Source: Eledone cirrhosa
Taxonomy: Eukaryota
Reading direction: 5' to 3'
DNA: 64,000 bases
NCBI GenBank assembly: GCA_964016885.1
Contig: OZ024741.1
Location: 316,386,001-316,450,000 of the forward strand
Shown: positions 62,780-64,000 of the stretch, piece by piece
How the letters are laid out: each line of letters begins with the position of its first letter
How positions within the stretch are numbered: position 1 is the stretch's first letter
Notes under the pieces: generated by a model
Told to the model about the DNA's origin: nothing
The model's database searches: none
Seen by the model: the letters and a program-made list of their open reading frames with translations, nothing else
Position numbers and translations under genes: made by a program

Positions 62780-63860
62780 TTGGTAGTGGTGGTAGAGTCA
62801 CTGAATGGTGGTTGTGGTGGGAGTAGATACCAAGTAACGAGGTAGCAACAGTAGTGGTAGCATTAGAGGTTGCGGTGTCAGTATGTTTGACTGTGGTGGT
62901 AGCAGTAATAGTAGGGCATTCTAGGGTGGTAGTGGTGGAGTTGATGGTCAGTGGTAGCGGTGTGAGTAGAATCTGAATAACAAGGCTGCAACTGTAATTG
63001 TTGTTGTGGTAGTGGTGGTGGTGGTGATGGTGGTGCGAGTAGAATCTGAATAACGAGGCTGCAACTTTAATTGTGGTGGTGGTGATGGTGGTAGATTCAG
63101 TGGTAGTGGTGTGAGTATAAGTTGAATAACGAAGTTGCAACTGTAATAGTAGTGGTGATGGTGGTGGTTTTGATGATGATCATAACACTTATAGTGGGAC
63201 ATTCAGTGGTTATGTTGGTGGTAGCATTTATAGCGGGACATCAGTGGTTTTGATGGTGGTATTGACGGTGGTGATGGTGGATTGTGGTGGTAATTGTGAT
63301 GGTGATGCTAGCACTTATAGTGGGACATTCAGTTGTTATGAGGGTGGTGGGGTGGTAGCACTTATAGTGGGACCACCAGTAGTTATACTGGAGGTGGTAT
63401 TGAAGGTGGTAGCACTTATAGTGGGACAGTGGTTATGGTAATATTGAAGATGGTGGAGGCGGTGGTACCACTTACAGTGTGACATAGTGGTTATGGTAAT
63501 GGTGGTGGTGGTGATGGTAGTGTTGTTGATTGTAGGTGGCGGTGGCGTAAACCTGCTAACTGGCTGAATGGTAGCGGTGTGAGTAAATGCTAACTGTGGT
63601 GGTTGCAGCAGTGTGCGATGACAGTAAACCGACCTGCTGACTAGTGGGTAGTGGTGTCAGTAGTTGCCAACTATCGTGGTAGCAGCAGTTTTAGCATAGA
63701 GTAACTTGGTAAATGGTGGTGATGGTGGTGGTGGTTGTGGTGTTGGAGGCGGAGGCGGCGGTGGTGATGTTGTTGTTGTTGTTGGTGGTGGTGGTTGTTG
63801 CGGTGATGGTGGTGGTGATGATGATGATGATGATGATGATGGTGTGGTGGTGTTGACAGT
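62780..63860. repeat. Degenerate (GGT/GAT)n low-complexity region with two short imperfect tandem units
   Basis: Repeated gagtagaatctgaataac..gctgcaact and gtagcacttatagtgggac motifs. Confidence 0.7.
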
Positions 63861-64000
63861 AAAACCGATCTACTGGTAGCAAAGGTGTAAAAATGATAAA
63901 AGAATATTTTATTAAAATTTCATATACAATTGTCTATATTTACAAACAAGAAGGGAGAAAAAAATGAAATAAATAAAATATGTGGAGGCGGAGAAATTAG

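Overview
Repeat-rich, AT-rich animal genomic DNA. The SINE/RTE repertoire and very long (TA)n tracts suggest an octopod cephalopod (inference). The only host gene I can support is a Mad/Mxd/Mxi1-family bHLH-Zip repressor on the minus strand: coding exon 1 (61130-61184, Sin3-interaction domain) splices in phase to exon 2 (15816-15906, EAEHGYA...GNR) across a ~45 kb intron that contains a 200-N gap. The bHLH exons must lie left of the window. A 13.2 kb 54-bp satellite with a spurious mucin-like ORF lies in the next intron. The introns contain RTE LINE fragments (one with a PHD-like finger inside the RT), a GIY-YIG Penelope-like (Naiad-type) fragment, several SINE families and hAT/Tc1-pogo/piggyBac-type MITEs. 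The most striking unexplained pattern is a set of short inserts embedded in (TA)n tracts, from at least five unrelated sequence families. They carry hammerhead-ribozyme cores (CUGANGA...GAAA...NUH) and several are folded into inverted repeats whose inversion point falls at or inside the ribozyme.
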